Shown piece after piece: positions 40,484 to 51,176 of a stretch of 64,000 nucleotides of DNA. The position numbers and the translations under genes are program-made. Below the pieces are notes generated by a model, which was given only the letters and a program-made list of their open reading frames with translations, was not told the origin of the DNA and ran no database searches. The stretch spans positions 32,001 through 96,000 of the forward strand of contig JAXMNT010000013.1 of the NCBI GenBank assembly GCA_034670305.1. Direction: 5' to 3'. Source of the DNA: Deltaproteobacteria bacterium (GTDB taxonomy: Bacteria > Myxococcota_A > Polyangia > Polyangiales > Houyiibacteriaceae). Numbering within the stretch: the first letter of the stretch is position 1; every line of letters begins with the position of its first letter.

Positions 40484-42907
40484 ATGAGAAATCCGCTCGC
40501 GCCCCGCACCATGATGGGCCGGCTTGCGATCGTCACTGCCCTGTTCTTGTCCATCGCGGTGGGTCTCTTGCTCTGGCAGGACCAACAACGCCTGCAGAGC
40601 CGCATCGAAGAGGGGGAAATGGCCCGCATCCGCGCGATCGCCACGACCCTCGCGCTCCAGATCGATGGCACCGCCCACCAGCGCGTGGTCGCGCGGGTCA
40701 CGGACCGGGACGCGTTCACCCGATGGGCGGGTGCGCCAAGCGAGCTCCAGTCCATTCACGAGCAGCTGTCTCTCGCGGCCGACGAGAACGGCATCACGAC
40801 ACCGCTGCAGACGTTGATCCTGCGTGAGCGGGAAGAGCGCCGGGTGCGTTCGGCGCCCGAGCTCTATTTTCCGGAGGCGATGAGCGTCATCGCGACCAGC
40901 TCCGACGTCCCGTACTACCGGCACAGCGAAGACTACGTGCCGGAGATGGCCATCGCCCTGGCCGGCCGATCGGTGGGCAAACACCCGTACGCCGATGCGC
41001 ATGGCACTTGGATCAGCGCGTTTGCGCCCATCCGCGACAACGACGGCCAAGTGGTCGCGCTCCTGCAGGTGGACACGCCACTCGACCGGCTGCTCGAAGA
41101 GAGCAACCGGCACACCACCCAGCAGGCGCTGTTCGCGTTGCTGCTGCTGGTGGTCCTCGTGTGCGCGATGATCCTCGCGTCGCACCGGCTCACGCGCGCG
41201 CTGACCTTGCTCGCGCAGGCCGCCAAGCGGTTCGGACACGGCGACTTCAAGACGAAGATCACCGCGCACGGCGCGACCTCGGAGATCGAGGAACTGGCAG
41301 GTGCGCTCGAGAGCGCGCGCCAGGAGATCTCGGAACAGGTCGACGCGCAGCAGTTGACCGAAGCCCAGCTCGCGCAAGCCCTGGCGAAGGCGAAGGCGGC
41401 CACCGAGGTGAAGTCTCAGTTCCTCGCGAACATGAGCCACGAGCTGCGCACGCCGATGAACGCGATCCTCGGCTACAGCGAGATGCTGATGGAGGACGCC
41501 GAAGAACTCGGCGAGGGCTCGGATGCCAGCGAGTTCGTCCCCGACCTCGCCAAGATCCGCAGCGCGGGCCAGCACCTCTTGGCCCTCATCAACGACATCC
41601 TGGACCTCTCCAAAGTCGAAGCGGGCAAGATCGAACTCTACCTCGAGGAGTTCAACGTCCGGGAGATGCTGGAGGAGATCGGCGCCACGCTCACGCCGCT
41701 CATCGAACGGCAGAACAACGCGCTCGTCATCCGCGTCGCGAAGGGCGTGCACTTGATGTACGGGGACGTCACCCGCACCCGGCAGATCCTCTACAACCTG
41801 CTCAGCAACGCAGCGAAGTTCACCGAACGCGGGACCATCAGCGTGCACGTGCGCGAAGGCGCGGATGGGCTGGTGTTCGAGGTGAAAGACACTGGCATCG
41901 GCATGAACGACGAGCAGCGCAGCCGGCTGTTCACCCCCTTCATGCAGGCCGACGCCTCGACGACTCGCAAGTTCGGAGGCACCGGCCTCGGGCTTGCCCT
42001 CTGCAAGGAGTTCGCCGAGCTGCTCGGAGGGTCCGTGAATGTCGACAGCCGGCCTGGCGAAGGTTCCACGTTCACCGTCCGGCTTCCGCACCGCATGCGC
42101 CGTTCGAGTGTGCCGAGCGCCCCACCCGCCGCGCCCACCCAGCCGTCGACCAAAGCCCGCGGTCGGGTCCTCGTGATCGACGACGACCCTGCGGTACGGG
42201 AACTCATGGCGCGGTCGTTGACGAAGGAGGGCTACGCGGTGGGCGTGGCCGCCAGTGGCCCCGAGGGGCTCGAAGCCGCCGAAGCCCACCCGCCGGATGT
42301 CGTGGTGCTCGATGTGCTGTTGCCCGAACAAGACGGCTGGGAAGTCCTGGCCACCCTCAAGGCACACCCCATCTTGCGCGACGTGCCGGTGGTGCTCGTC
42401 ACGATGGTCGACGACCGCAGCAAAGGGCTGGCCCTCGGAGCCGCGGACTTCCTCAGCAAACCGGTGGAGTGGGAGCGGCTGCGTGAGGTCCTCGACCGGT
42501 GCGTCGGCGAACACGGCGACGTGCTCGTCGTCGACGACGACGCGGCGGTCCGAGACATGCTCCAGCGCACCCTCGAGCGGGAGGGGCACGCGGTGCGCCT
42601 CGCGTGCGATGGGCGCGAGGCCCTCGAGGCCCTAGAGGCAGAAGACACCGACCTCCCGACGGTCGTGATTCTCGATCTGATGATGCCCGAAGTGGACGGG
42701 TTCGAAGTCCTCGCCCGCATGCGCACCGATCCACGCTTGCGGCGGGTGCCGGTCGTGGTGTTCACCGCGATGGAACTCGCCCGCGAAGAACGAGAGCGGC
42801 TCGACAACGGGGTGACCCGGGTCATTCGAAAAGGCGGGCGGGGCCGGTCGGACCTCGTGGACGAAGTGCGCGGCTTGGTGGGCGAGACGTTCGCGGACGC
42901 CGAGTAA
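40484..42907 (+). CDS. Hybrid sensor histidine kinase (TM-sensor-HAMP-HisKA-HATPase-REC-REC)
   Basis: FLANMSHELRTPMN, NLLSNAAKFT, DTGIGM, GGTGLGL; two receiver domains. Confidence 0.95.
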   Translation: MRNPLAPRTMMGRLAIVTALFLSIAVGLLLWQDQQRLQSRIEEGEMARIRAIATTLALQIDGTAHQRVVARVTDRDAFTRWAGAPSELQSIHEQLSLAADENGITTPLQTLILREREERRVRSAPELYFPEAMSVIATSSDVPYYRHSEDYVPEMAIALAGRSVGKHPYADAHGTWISAFAPIRDNDGQVVALLQVDTPLDRLLEESNRHTTQQALFALLLLVVLVCAMILASHRLTRALTLLAQAAKRFGHGDFKTKITAHGATSEIEELAGALESARQEISEQVDAQQLTEAQLAQALAKAKAATEVKSQFLANMSHELRTPMNAILGYSEMLMEDAEELGEGSDASEFVPDLAKIRSAGQHLLALINDILDLSKVEAGKIELYLEEFNVREMLEEIGATLTPLIERQNNALVIRVAKGVHLMYGDVTRTRQILYNLLSNAAKFTERGTISVHVREGADGLVFEVKDTGIGMNDEQRSRLFTPFMQADASTTRKFGGTGLGLALCKEFAELLGGSVNVDSRPGEGSTFTVRLPHRMRRSSVPSAPPAAPTQPSTKARGRVLVIDDDPAVRELMARSLTKEGYAVGVAASGPEGLEAAEAHPPDVVVLDVLLPEQDGWEVLATLKAHPILRDVPVVLVTMVDDRSKGLALGAADFLSKPVEWERLREVLDRCVGEHGDVLVVDDDAAVRDMLQRTLEREGHAVRLACDGREALEALEAEDTDLPTVVILDLMMPEVDGFEVLARMRTDPRLRRVPVVVFTAMELAREERERLDNGVTRVIRKGGRGRSDLVDEVRGLVGETFADAE

Positions 42908-43072
42908 CACCGGTTCCTCGTCGGCCTCGGCCGCGACCCGAAATGTGACCGAAAAACCCTGCTGGCACGAAATGCGTCCATGTGGGAAGTGACCTTCCGC
43001 GCCTTCGGCCACGCTCGCGGCGATGCACCCATCTGCTATGGTCGCGCGCCTTTTCATCCTCGTCGATTCACC

Positions 43073-43567
43073 ATGCTCCGCAAACTCGTCACCGCCCTGA
43101 CCCTGTCCGCCGTATGGGTTCTGTGGTCCTGGCACTTCGAGCCGCTCATCGTCGGGTTCGGCGTGGCCGCGGTGATCTTGACGGTGTTCACTGCTGCACG
43201 GTTGGAGGTGTTGGACGCGGAAGGCGAACCCTTCGAGCTCAACCTGCGACTCCTGGTCTTCATCCCGTGGCTCGCCTGGCAGGTCCTCGAGTCCAACCTG
43301 ACGATCGCCCGCATCATCCTGAACCCGAAGATGCCGCTCAGCCCGCACCTCATCCGCGTGCCGGCCAGCCAGCGAACGGTGCTCGGTCAGGTCATCCACG
43401 CGAACACCATCACCATCACGCCGGGCACCATCTCGCTCGACGTGCGGGACGGCGTCATCCTCGTGCACGCGCTCGACCAGCGGTTCGCAGACCAGGACGA
43501 CGGCGGCGCGACCGACAAGATGATCTCGTGGCTCGAAGGCCGCGCCAAGGCGGACCGAACGTCATGA
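43073..43567 (+). CDS. mrpE: Mrp antiporter subunit E
   Basis: HANTITITPGT. Confidence 0.9.
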   Translation: MLRKLVTALTLSAVWVLWSWHFEPLIVGFGVAAVILTVFTAARLEVLDAEGEPFELNLRLLVFIPWLAWQVLESNLTIARIILNPKMPLSPHLIRVPASQRTVLGQVIHANTITITPGTISLDVRDGVILVHALDQRFADQDDGGATDKMISWLEGRAKADRTS

Positions 43568-43866
43568 GTTACGTGTACGCGGCTGCCGCGAGCGCGATCC
43601 TCATCACGATGCTGCTCGCGATGGGCCGCGCGATCGTCGGTCCCACCACCTACGACCGCATCCTCGCGTTGAACGCGTTCGGGACCAAGACGGTGCTGCT
43701 CATCGCGGTGATGGGCTACCTCTTCGGCCGGCCCGAGTGGCTCGACCTCGCGCTCGTCTATGGGCTCTGCAACTTCGTCGGGACCCTGGCCGTGCTGCGT
43801 TTCAGCAAGTACGGCTCCCTCGCCAACGACGTGACCCTCCCCCCGGACGCCGAGGACCACGCGTGA
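43564..43866 (+). CDS. mrpF: Mrp antiporter subunit F
   Basis: GPTTYDRILALN, LDLALVY. Confidence 0.9.
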   Translation: MSYVYAAAASAILITMLLAMGRAIVGPTTYDRILALNAFGTKTVLLIAVMGYLFGRPEWLDLALVYGLCNFVGTLAVLRFSKYGSLANDVTLPPDAEDHA

Positions 43867-44273
43867 CCCTCGAACTCGTCTTGCAGTGCATCGGCGCCGT
43901 GTTCCTGCTCGGTGGCTCGTTCTTCTGCATCGTCGGGGGCATCGGACTCGTACGCCTGCCGACCTTCTACACGCGCTGTCATGCAGCCGGAGTCACCGAC
44001 AGCGCGGGCGCGGCGGGGGTGCTCGTCGGCCTCGCGTTCGTCTCGACCCCGCTGGTCGCCTTCAAGCTTGTGACCGTGCTTGCGTTCGTGTGGCTCACGA
44101 GCGTCGCGTCGACCCACGCGCTCGTCAAAGCCGCCCATGCGCGCGGCGTCCGCGTCATGAACACCCCGCGCCTCGATTGGACGATCCCGCCGCCCGCGCC
44201 GGACGATGGCGAAGTCGATCCGAGCACGCCGCCGAGCGACCTGGGCCCGCACCTCAGCGGTGAAGAAGCGTGA
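43863..44273 (+). CDS. mrpG: Mrp antiporter subunit G
   Basis: GLVRLPTFYTRCHAAG; GTGA overlap. Confidence 0.9.
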   Translation: MTLELVLQCIGAVFLLGGSFFCIVGGIGLVRLPTFYTRCHAAGVTDSAGAAGVLVGLAFVSTPLVAFKLVTVLAFVWLTSVASTHALVKAAHARGVRVMNTPRLDWTIPPPAPDDGEVDPSTPPSDLGPHLSGEEA

Positions 44274-45340
44274 TGGAAGAAGCGATCACCATCGCGCTCT
44301 TCGCGCTCCTGCTCGTCATGGCGATGGTGATCGGCCGCGAACGCAACCTGTTCAGCGCCGCCATGCTCACCGGCATCTTCTCGCTCATCTCCGCAGGGCT
44401 CTTCACCGCGCTCGATGCGGTCGACGTGGCATTCACGGAAGCCGCCGTGGGCGCAGGCATCTCGACTGTGCTCATCCTCGCCACGCTGGCGTTGACCGAC
44501 CACCACGAAGCCCACGACCGCCTCCATCCCTCGAAGGTGAACTGGAAAGCCGTGGGCGTGGTGACGCTGACCGGGGTCGCCTTGCTCTACGGCACCGTGG
44601 ACATGCCAGCGTTCGGCGTCGCGGACGCGCCGATCCACGAAGGCGTCGCAAAACACTACATCGACCATTCCTTCGAAGAGATTGGGATCCCAAACGTCGT
44701 CACCGCCGTACTCGCGAGCTACCGCGGCTACGACACCTTCGGCGAGCTCGGGGTCATCTTCGTCGCAGGACTCGGGGTCGCCCTCTTGCTGGGTGCCGGC
44801 GCACCTTCGATCACGAGCGAACACCCGCACCTGCCGCAAAAATCCCGCGCGCCCTACGTCCGTGAGATGCCCGTGGTGCGCGTCGTGACCAAGGCGCTCC
44901 TCCCGTTCATCTTGCTCTTCGCGCTCTACGTACAAGCCCACGGAGACTTCGGTCCGGGCGGCGGCTTTCAAGCCGGTGTGATCTTCGCGGCGGGGCTCGT
45001 GCTCTACGGACTCGTCTGGGGACCCACCGCGCTCGAGCGCTTCGCGCGACACCGCATCGTAGAACGCGCGACCGCGATCGGACTGCTCCTCTACGGGGGC
45101 GTCGGCGTCGCGACCATGGCGGTGGGCGGCAACTTTCTCGAGTACGGCGTGCTCACACCCGAGCATCCGCAGCACGGACAGCACTACGGCATCTTCCTGG
45201 TCGAGCTCGGCGTCGGCATCACCGTCAGCGCCGTGATGCTCGTCATCTACTACGTGTTCGCCGCGCGCAACGTCTCGCCGACCAGGAGTTCGGCGCCGGT
45301 CACGCTGCCCCCACCGCCCATGTCGGAGGACGCGTCGTGA
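44270..45340 (+). CDS. mrpB: Mrp DUF4040 + MrpB fusion subunit
   Basis: DVAFTEAAVGAG, NVVTAVLASYRGYDTFGE, PGGGFQAG. Confidence 0.88.
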   Translation: MMEEAITIALFALLLVMAMVIGRERNLFSAAMLTGIFSLISAGLFTALDAVDVAFTEAAVGAGISTVLILATLALTDHHEAHDRLHPSKVNWKAVGVVTLTGVALLYGTVDMPAFGVADAPIHEGVAKHYIDHSFEEIGIPNVVTAVLASYRGYDTFGELGVIFVAGLGVALLLGAGAPSITSEHPHLPQKSRAPYVREMPVVRVVTKALLPFILLFALYVQAHGDFGPGGGFQAGVIFAAGLVLYGLVWGPTALERFARHRIVERATAIGLLLYGGVGVATMAVGGNFLEYGVLTPEHPQHGQHYGIFLVELGVGITVSAVMLVIYYVFAARNVSPTRSSAPVTLPPPPMSEDAS

Positions 45341-45762
45341 TCGCGAACCTCTGGCACTACGGCCTGGTCGTGGTCCTCATGATGACGGGGCTCTACATCG
45401 TCATCGCGAAGCGCAACTACGTGAAGAAGATGATGGGGCTCGCCATCTTCCAGACCTCCGTGATCATGCTCTACGTCACGATGGGCAAGGTGACGGGCGG
45501 CACGCCGCCGATCTTCGTGCAGAACGACGACGGCACGCTGACCGAAGGCATCGTGTACTCGAACCCGCTGCCGATGGTGCTCATGCTGACCGCGATCGTG
45601 GTCGGTGTGGCGACCATGGCCGTCGGGCTGGCGCTCGTCGTGCGCATCAAAGAGGCCTACGGCACCGTCGAAGACGATCTCGTCACCGAGCTCAACCGCG
45701 AGGACGAAGCACGGCGCCACCTGTCCGCCGCGGCGCAGCCGATCAAGGAGTCCAAGTCGTGA
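45337..45762 (+). CDS. mrpC: Mrp antiporter subunit C
   Basis: NPLPMVLMLTAIVV. Confidence 0.9.
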   Translation: MIANLWHYGLVVVLMMTGLYIVIAKRNYVKKMMGLAIFQTSVIMLYVTMGKVTGGTPPIFVQNDDGTLTEGIVYSNPLPMVLMLTAIVVGVATMAVGLALVVRIKEAYGTVEDDLVTELNREDEARRHLSAAAQPIKESKS

Positions 45763-47276
45763 CCCTCGATCAGCTGCCGGTCCTCGTCATCTTGATCCCG
45801 CTGCTCACCGCGCCGCTCATCGTCCTCATCCGGACGCCGGCGGTGGTGCGCCTGATGGCCATCGCGGCCGCCGCCGCCAGCGCGTTCTGCGCGGCGATGT
45901 TGGTGGCGCGCGTCGGAGAGCCGATCTCCTACCACATGGGCGGCTGGACCCCGGGCATCGGCATCGAGCTCCGGGCGACCAAAGCGAGTGCCTTCGTGCT
46001 CGCGCTCGTGACCGGCATCGCGACCGTCGCGCTCCTGCTCGGCACCCGCGGCACCCGGCTGGACGTTCGCGGCACCTCGGATCGATCGGACGCCACCGGC
46101 GGACAACGAAGCCGCGAGCACCTCTACTACGCGGCGTTCCTCACCTGTCTGGTCGGCCTCTGCGGCATGGTCATCACCGGCGACGCGTTCAACGTCTTCG
46201 TCTTCCTCGAGATCTCGAGCCTCTCGACCTACGCGCTCGTCGCGATGGGTCCTCGCCGCCGCGCGTTCAGCGCCGCGTTCAACTACCTGGTGCTCGGCAC
46301 GATCGGCGGCACCTTCGTGCTCATCGGCATCGGCCTGCTCTACCAGATGACCGGCACGCTCAACGGCCCGGCGATCTCCGCCCGCATCCAGGAGATCGGA
46401 GACCCGCGCACGCTTCATGTCGCATTCGGATTCTTGTTCGTCGGGTTCGCGATCAAACTCGCGGTGTTCCCGCTCCACCAGTGGCTGCCCAACGCCTACG
46501 CCGAATCGCCTTCGGCGGTGAGCTCGTTCCTCGCGGGCACCGCCACCAAGGTGATCTACTTCCAACTGATCCGGATGTGTCTGGTGGTCTTCGGGGCGGA
46601 CTACGTCTTCGGCACGCTGCACTTCGGGTCCATTCTTGGACCACTGAGTCTGCTGGGCATGTTCGCCGGCTCGCTCGCGGCCATCTACCAGCTGAGCCTC
46701 AAGCGGCTCCTCGCGTACTCGTCGATCGGGCAGGTCGGCTACCTGACGCTCGCACTCTCGCTCGGCACCGAAGACGGGCTCTACGCGGGTCTGCTTCACC
46801 TGGGCGCGCACGGCGTCACCAAGACCGGCTTGTTCCTGCTCGCGAGCGTGATCATCGCGCACGTCGGCACCGACCGGCTCGCGTCGTTGAACGGCCTCGG
46901 CAAACGTATGCCGCTCGTCGCATTCCTGTTCGTCGTCGGCGGCATCGGACTCATCGGGGTCCCGGGCACCGCGGGGTTCGTGAGCAAGTGGGCGCTCCTG
47001 CAAGCCGCGCTGGCTGGCGACCATCTGTTCCTTGCGGGCGCCATCCTCGTCAGCTCGCTGCTCGCGGTGATGTACGTGTGGCGCGTCGTGGAGGTCATGT
47101 ACTTCCGTGAGCCGCCCGAGCGTGCCCCGCTCCGACCCGGCTACGATTGGGGCGCGCTCGCGCCTGCGGGTTTGTTGCTCGGTCTCTCCATCGCGGTCGG
47201 CCTCTACAGCGAACCGATCTGCGTCTACATGCGCAGCGCCGCCGCCCAGCTCTTCGCCGGCGGAGGTGCGCCGTGA
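45759..47276 (+). CDS. mrpD: Mrp antiporter subunit D (1)
   Basis: GDAFNVFVFLEI, PLHQWLPNAY, LKRLLAYSS. Confidence 0.9.
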   Translation: MTLDQLPVLVILIPLLTAPLIVLIRTPAVVRLMAIAAAAASAFCAAMLVARVGEPISYHMGGWTPGIGIELRATKASAFVLALVTGIATVALLLGTRGTRLDVRGTSDRSDATGGQRSREHLYYAAFLTCLVGLCGMVITGDAFNVFVFLEISSLSTYALVAMGPRRRAFSAAFNYLVLGTIGGTFVLIGIGLLYQMTGTLNGPAISARIQEIGDPRTLHVAFGFLFVGFAIKLAVFPLHQWLPNAYAESPSAVSSFLAGTATKVIYFQLIRMCLVVFGADYVFGTLHFGSILGPLSLLGMFAGSLAAIYQLSLKRLLAYSSIGQVGYLTLALSLGTEDGLYAGLLHLGAHGVTKTGLFLLASVIIAHVGTDRLASLNGLGKRMPLVAFLFVVGGIGLIGVPGTAGFVSKWALLQAALAGDHLFLAGAILVSSLLAVMYVWRVVEVMYFREPPERAPLRPGYDWGALAPAGLLLGLSIAVGLYSEPICVYMRSAAAQLFAGGGAP

Positions 47277-48841
47277 GCCCCGAGATGCTCATCGGCGCCG
47301 CGCTCGCCCTTCCGCTTCTGGCGGCGCTCCTCGTCGTGGTTTTCCGGAACCAACCGAACCTGCGCGAGGCCTCGACCGGTGTGATCGGGGTCGCGACGCT
47401 GATGTGCGTCGTCGCGCTCTGGCCACTCGTGACGTCGGGCGCTGCGCCGACGCTGGTGCTGGTCGACGAGCTGCTTCCCGGCGTGCCGCTCGCGTTCGAG
47501 GTGGAACCGCTCGGACTGCTCTACGCGCTCGTCGCCGCCGGCCTGTGGCCCATCACCGGCATGTACGCGGCCGGCTACATGCGCGGGCACCACGAGAAGC
47601 ACCAGACCCGCTTCTTCGTGTGTTTCGCGCTCGCGATCTTCGCCGCGCTCGGCATCGCCTTCGCCGAGAACCTCGGCACCTTCTTCCTCTTCTACGAGGT
47701 GCTCACGCTCAGTACCTACCCGCTCGTCACCCACCACCAGACGGCGGAAGCTCGGCGCGCAGGCCGCGTGTACCTGGGCATCCTGATCGGCACCTCGATC
47801 TGCTTCTTGCTCCTGGCCATCGCGTGGACCGGACACATGGCGGGCACCCTCGAGTTCCGCGCCGGTGGCATCCTACAGGGGCACATCGCCGAGGCGAGCG
47901 TGCCGCTTCTGCTCGCGCTCTTCGCGTACGGCTGCGGCAAAGCCGCGCTGATGCCGCTGCACCGCTGGCTGCCGAACGCGATGGTCGCGCCGACCCCGGT
48001 CAGCGCGCTTCTGCACGCCGTCGCGGTCGTCAAAGCGGGCGTCTTCGGGATCCTCAAGATCGTCGTCTACGTGTTCGGGCTCGACTTGCTGACCTCCACC
48101 GAGGGTTCGGTGTGGCTGATGTGGGTGGCCTCCTTCACGATCGTGATGGGCTCGCTCGTCGCCTTCACGAAAGACAACCTCAAGGCGCGGCTCGCGTACT
48201 CCACCATCGCCCAGCTCGCCTACATCGTGCTCGGCGCCGCGCTCGCGACGCCGGATGGCATCGTCGGGGGCGGGCTGCACATCGCCACCCACGCGGTCGG
48301 CAAGATCACCCTCTTCTTCTGCGCCGGCGCGATCCTGGTCGGCGCGCACAAGAAGAACATCAGCGACATGGACGGCCTCGGACGAACGATGCCGTTCACC
48401 ATGGGCGCGTTCTTGATCGGCAGCCTCTCGATCATCGGGCTTCCGCCGATGGGTGGCAGCTGGAGCAAGTGGTTCCTCGCGCTCGGCGCCGCCGACGAAC
48501 ACGCGATCTTCATCGCGATCCTGATGCTCAGCTCCCTCCTCAACATCGGGTACCTGATTCCGATCCCGGTGCGCGGCTTCTTCTTCGCGCCCAAGCCGAG
48601 CCACGGCCACGAGGACGAGCACGGGGACGACCCACACGACGCCCACCGTGAAGTCGCGGCCGACCCCGTCGGTCCCTCCCAGTGGCGGCCCGCGCGCTGG
48701 CCCACCCTGCGGGAAGCCCCGCTGCTCTGCGTGATTCCGCTCTGCGTCACCGCCGCAGGCTGCGTGGCCCTGTTCTTCTTTGCGCGGCAGTTCGTGGATC
48801 TGCTCCGCCCGATCGTCGGCGCTTTGGGAGGTCCGGGATGA
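47273..48841 (+). CDS. mrpD: Mrp D-family proton-conducting subunit (2)
   Basis: PLHRWLPNAMVAPTPVSALLHAVAVVKAG, LKARLAYST. Confidence 0.88.
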   Translation: MSPEMLIGAALALPLLAALLVVVFRNQPNLREASTGVIGVATLMCVVALWPLVTSGAAPTLVLVDELLPGVPLAFEVEPLGLLYALVAAGLWPITGMYAAGYMRGHHEKHQTRFFVCFALAIFAALGIAFAENLGTFFLFYEVLTLSTYPLVTHHQTAEARRAGRVYLGILIGTSICFLLLAIAWTGHMAGTLEFRAGGILQGHIAEASVPLLLALFAYGCGKAALMPLHRWLPNAMVAPTPVSALLHAVAVVKAGVFGILKIVVYVFGLDLLTSTEGSVWLMWVASFTIVMGSLVAFTKDNLKARLAYSTIAQLAYIVLGAALATPDGIVGGGLHIATHAVGKITLFFCAGAILVGAHKKNISDMDGLGRTMPFTMGAFLIGSLSIIGLPPMGGSWSKWFLALGAADEHAIFIAILMLSSLLNIGYLIPIPVRGFFFAPKPSHGHEDEHGDDPHDAHREVAADPVGPSQWRPARWPTLREAPLLCVIPLCVTAAGCVALFFFARQFVDLLRPIVGALGGPG

Positions 48842-49269
48842 ACTCCGATCGCACACCGCTCCCGCCCTCGTGGTTCGAGAAGAACGTCGGCGGCATCGTC
48901 CGCGGCCTCGTGGTGGTCTGCGTGCTGCTGCTCGTGGCCGACCTGGTGTTTCACTTCGTCGGGCACAAACACGTGCACTTCGACTGGGAAGCCTGGCCGG
49001 GCCTCTACGCCGCGGCCGGATTCGTCAGCTACGTCGGCCTCGTCCTCACCGCCAAGCAGCTCCGCAAGCTGCTCATGCGGCCGGAGGCCTACTACGGCGA
49101 AGCGCCCCTGCGCCCGCTCGGACACCCGGCCGGCCCGGACGCAGATCCGGACGGCGACACCCGTGCCATGGGCGAGGGCGACCAGGACGAGCGCGACCAG
49201 GATGCGGGCGACCAGGATGAACACCACCGCGACGCCGTAGGTGCAGCCGGGACGGAGGAAGAAGAATGA
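48838..49269 (+). CDS. Small 2-TM accessory protein in mrp operon with acidic tail
   Basis: ATGA overlaps on both sides; PGLYAAAGF..LRKLLMRPEAYY. Confidence 0.75.
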   Translation: MNSDRTPLPPSWFEKNVGGIVRGLVVVCVLLLVADLVFHFVGHKHVHFDWEAWPGLYAAAGFVSYVGLVLTAKQLRKLLMRPEAYYGEAPLRPLGHPAGPDADPDGDTRAMGEGDQDERDQDAGDQDEHHRDAVGAAGTEEEE

Positions 49270-51032
49270 ACTTCTTCCTCGATCTGCTCGAGACGATGTT
49301 CCCGGGCGAGCTGATGCTGCTTGGCGCGCTGCTCGTCCCCTTCCTCAAGGGCAAGCTGCGCCTCGGCTACGTGGTGCTGCTGCCGATCTTGAGCCTGCTG
49401 CATCTGCTCACCCTCGACGTCGGCTACGAAGCGGGCGCCACCCTGCTCGGCTACCCGCTCGAGGTGGTCCGGGTCGATGCGCTCAGCCGCATCTTCGGCA
49501 TCGTCTTCCACATCGCCGCCATCCTCTGCTGCATCTATGCGCTGCATGTGAAGGGCTGGGTGGAGCACGTCTCCACGCTTGTCTACGCGGGCGCCGCGAT
49601 CGCCGCGACCTTTGCCGGCGATCTGATCACGCTCTTCATCTTCTGGGAGCTCACCGCGCTCAGCTCCGTCTTCCTCATCTGGCAGCGCGGCGTCGTACAA
49701 CCGAGCCACCGCGAGCGCAGCTACCGCGCGGGCATGCGCTACCTGATCATCTCCGTCGCCTCGGGTGTGCTGCTGCTCGGCGGCGCGCTCCTCCACTACC
49801 AGGACACGGGCTCGCTGCACTTCGGGCTGATGGGCCTCGACGCCTCGCGCGGCGCCATCTTCATCTTCCTCGCGTTCGGCATGAAGGCGGCGTTCCCGCT
49901 GATGCACAACTGGGTGCAGGACGCCTACCCGGAAGCAACCGTCAGCGGCACCGTGGTGCTCGCGTCGTTCACGACGAAACTCGCCATCTACGCGCTGGCC
50001 CGCGGCTTCGCCGGCACCGAGCTGCTCATCCCGATCGGCGCGGCCATGACCGCGTTCCCGATCTTCTTCGCCGTCATCGAGAACGACATGCGGCGGGTGC
50101 TCGCGTACTCGCTGAACAACCAGCTCGGCTTCATGGTGGTCGGCATCGGCATCGGCACCGAGCTCGCCATCAACGGCGCCGCCGCCCACGCGTTCGCCCA
50201 CATCCTCTACAAGGGCCTCCTGCTGATGAGCATGGGCGCGGTGCTCTACCGCACCGGCACCATCAAGGCCTCCGAGCTCGGCGGACTGCACAAGTCGATG
50301 CCGATGACGACCGTGTTCTGCATCATCGGCGCCCTGGCCATCAGCGCGTTCCCCGGCCTCAGTGGCTTCGTGACCAAGTCGATGGTGATCAGCGCCGTCG
50401 GCGAGGCCCACCTGACCATCGTCTTCGGCGTGCTGCTCTTCGCGTCCGCCGGCGTCTGCGACCACTCCGGCATCAAGATCCCGTTCTTCACCTTCTTCGC
50501 GCACGACCAAGGCTGGCGGGTGAAAGAAGCGCCGAAGCACATGCTGATCGCCATGGGCCTCGCCGCCTTCCTCTGCATCGGCATCGGCGTCGCCCCGAGC
50601 TTCCTCTACGCGCTGCTCCCCTACCCCGAGCTCGCCGCCCAGTACCACGCCTACGAAGCCACCCACGTGCTCACGATGCTCGAGCTGCTCCTCTTCGCCG
50701 GCCTCGCGTTCGTCGCGCTGATGAAGATGGGCGTCTACCCACCCGAGCTGCCGGCCCTGAACCTCGACTTCGACTGGTTCTACCGCAAGGGCGCGCCACC
50801 GGTGGTGCGCGAAGTCTACGGCCTCGCCGGCTACGCCCGCGAACGCCTGTGGACCGCGACCCTCGGCGCCCGCGAGGCGGTGCGGGACATCGCCAAAACC
50901 CACCACGAACCGCCGGGCGGACGCATGGGCGAACCGTGGAGCGCGAGCGCGACGACCCTGTGGGCCGCGCTGATTCTGGGGATCATGCTGCTGCTCCAGT
51001 ACGGATGCAGTCCAGCGGCTGGACTGCAATAA
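49266..51032 (+). CDS. mrpD: Mrp D-family subunit (3)
   Basis: FWE, HNWVQDAYPEAT, ENDMRRVLAYS, HILYKGLL. Confidence 0.88.
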   Translation: MNFFLDLLETMFPGELMLLGALLVPFLKGKLRLGYVVLLPILSLLHLLTLDVGYEAGATLLGYPLEVVRVDALSRIFGIVFHIAAILCCIYALHVKGWVEHVSTLVYAGAAIAATFAGDLITLFIFWELTALSSVFLIWQRGVVQPSHRERSYRAGMRYLIISVASGVLLLGGALLHYQDTGSLHFGLMGLDASRGAIFIFLAFGMKAAFPLMHNWVQDAYPEATVSGTVVLASFTTKLAIYALARGFAGTELLIPIGAAMTAFPIFFAVIENDMRRVLAYSLNNQLGFMVVGIGIGTELAINGAAAHAFAHILYKGLLLMSMGAVLYRTGTIKASELGGLHKSMPMTTVFCIIGALAISAFPGLSGFVTKSMVISAVGEAHLTIVFGVLLFASAGVCDHSGIKIPFFTFFAHDQGWRVKEAPKHMLIAMGLAAFLCIGIGVAPSFLYALLPYPELAAQYHAYEATHVLTMLELLLFAGLAFVALMKMGVYPPELPALNLDFDWFYRKGAPPVVREVYGLAGYARERLWTATLGAREAVRDIAKTHHEPPGGRMGEPWSASATTLWAALILGIMLLLQYGCSPAAGLQ

Positions 51033-51084
51033 GCGGCCTGGCGGCCGCGACGGCCGCAGGGCGGCCGAGACGCAGTCGAGCTCA

Positions 51085-51150
51085 AGCGCACGCGGAAGCA
51101 GAAGCCGAAGCGAGGCCGAAGCCGAAGCCGAGGCCGAAGCCGAGGCCCGC
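51085..51150. repeat. Period-6 repeat (GCCGAA/GCCGAG) downstream of the four-helix-bundle gene
   Basis: Directly visible. Confidence 0.8.
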
Positions 51151-51176
51151 GACTGACGCGGGCCTCGCGGCCGACT

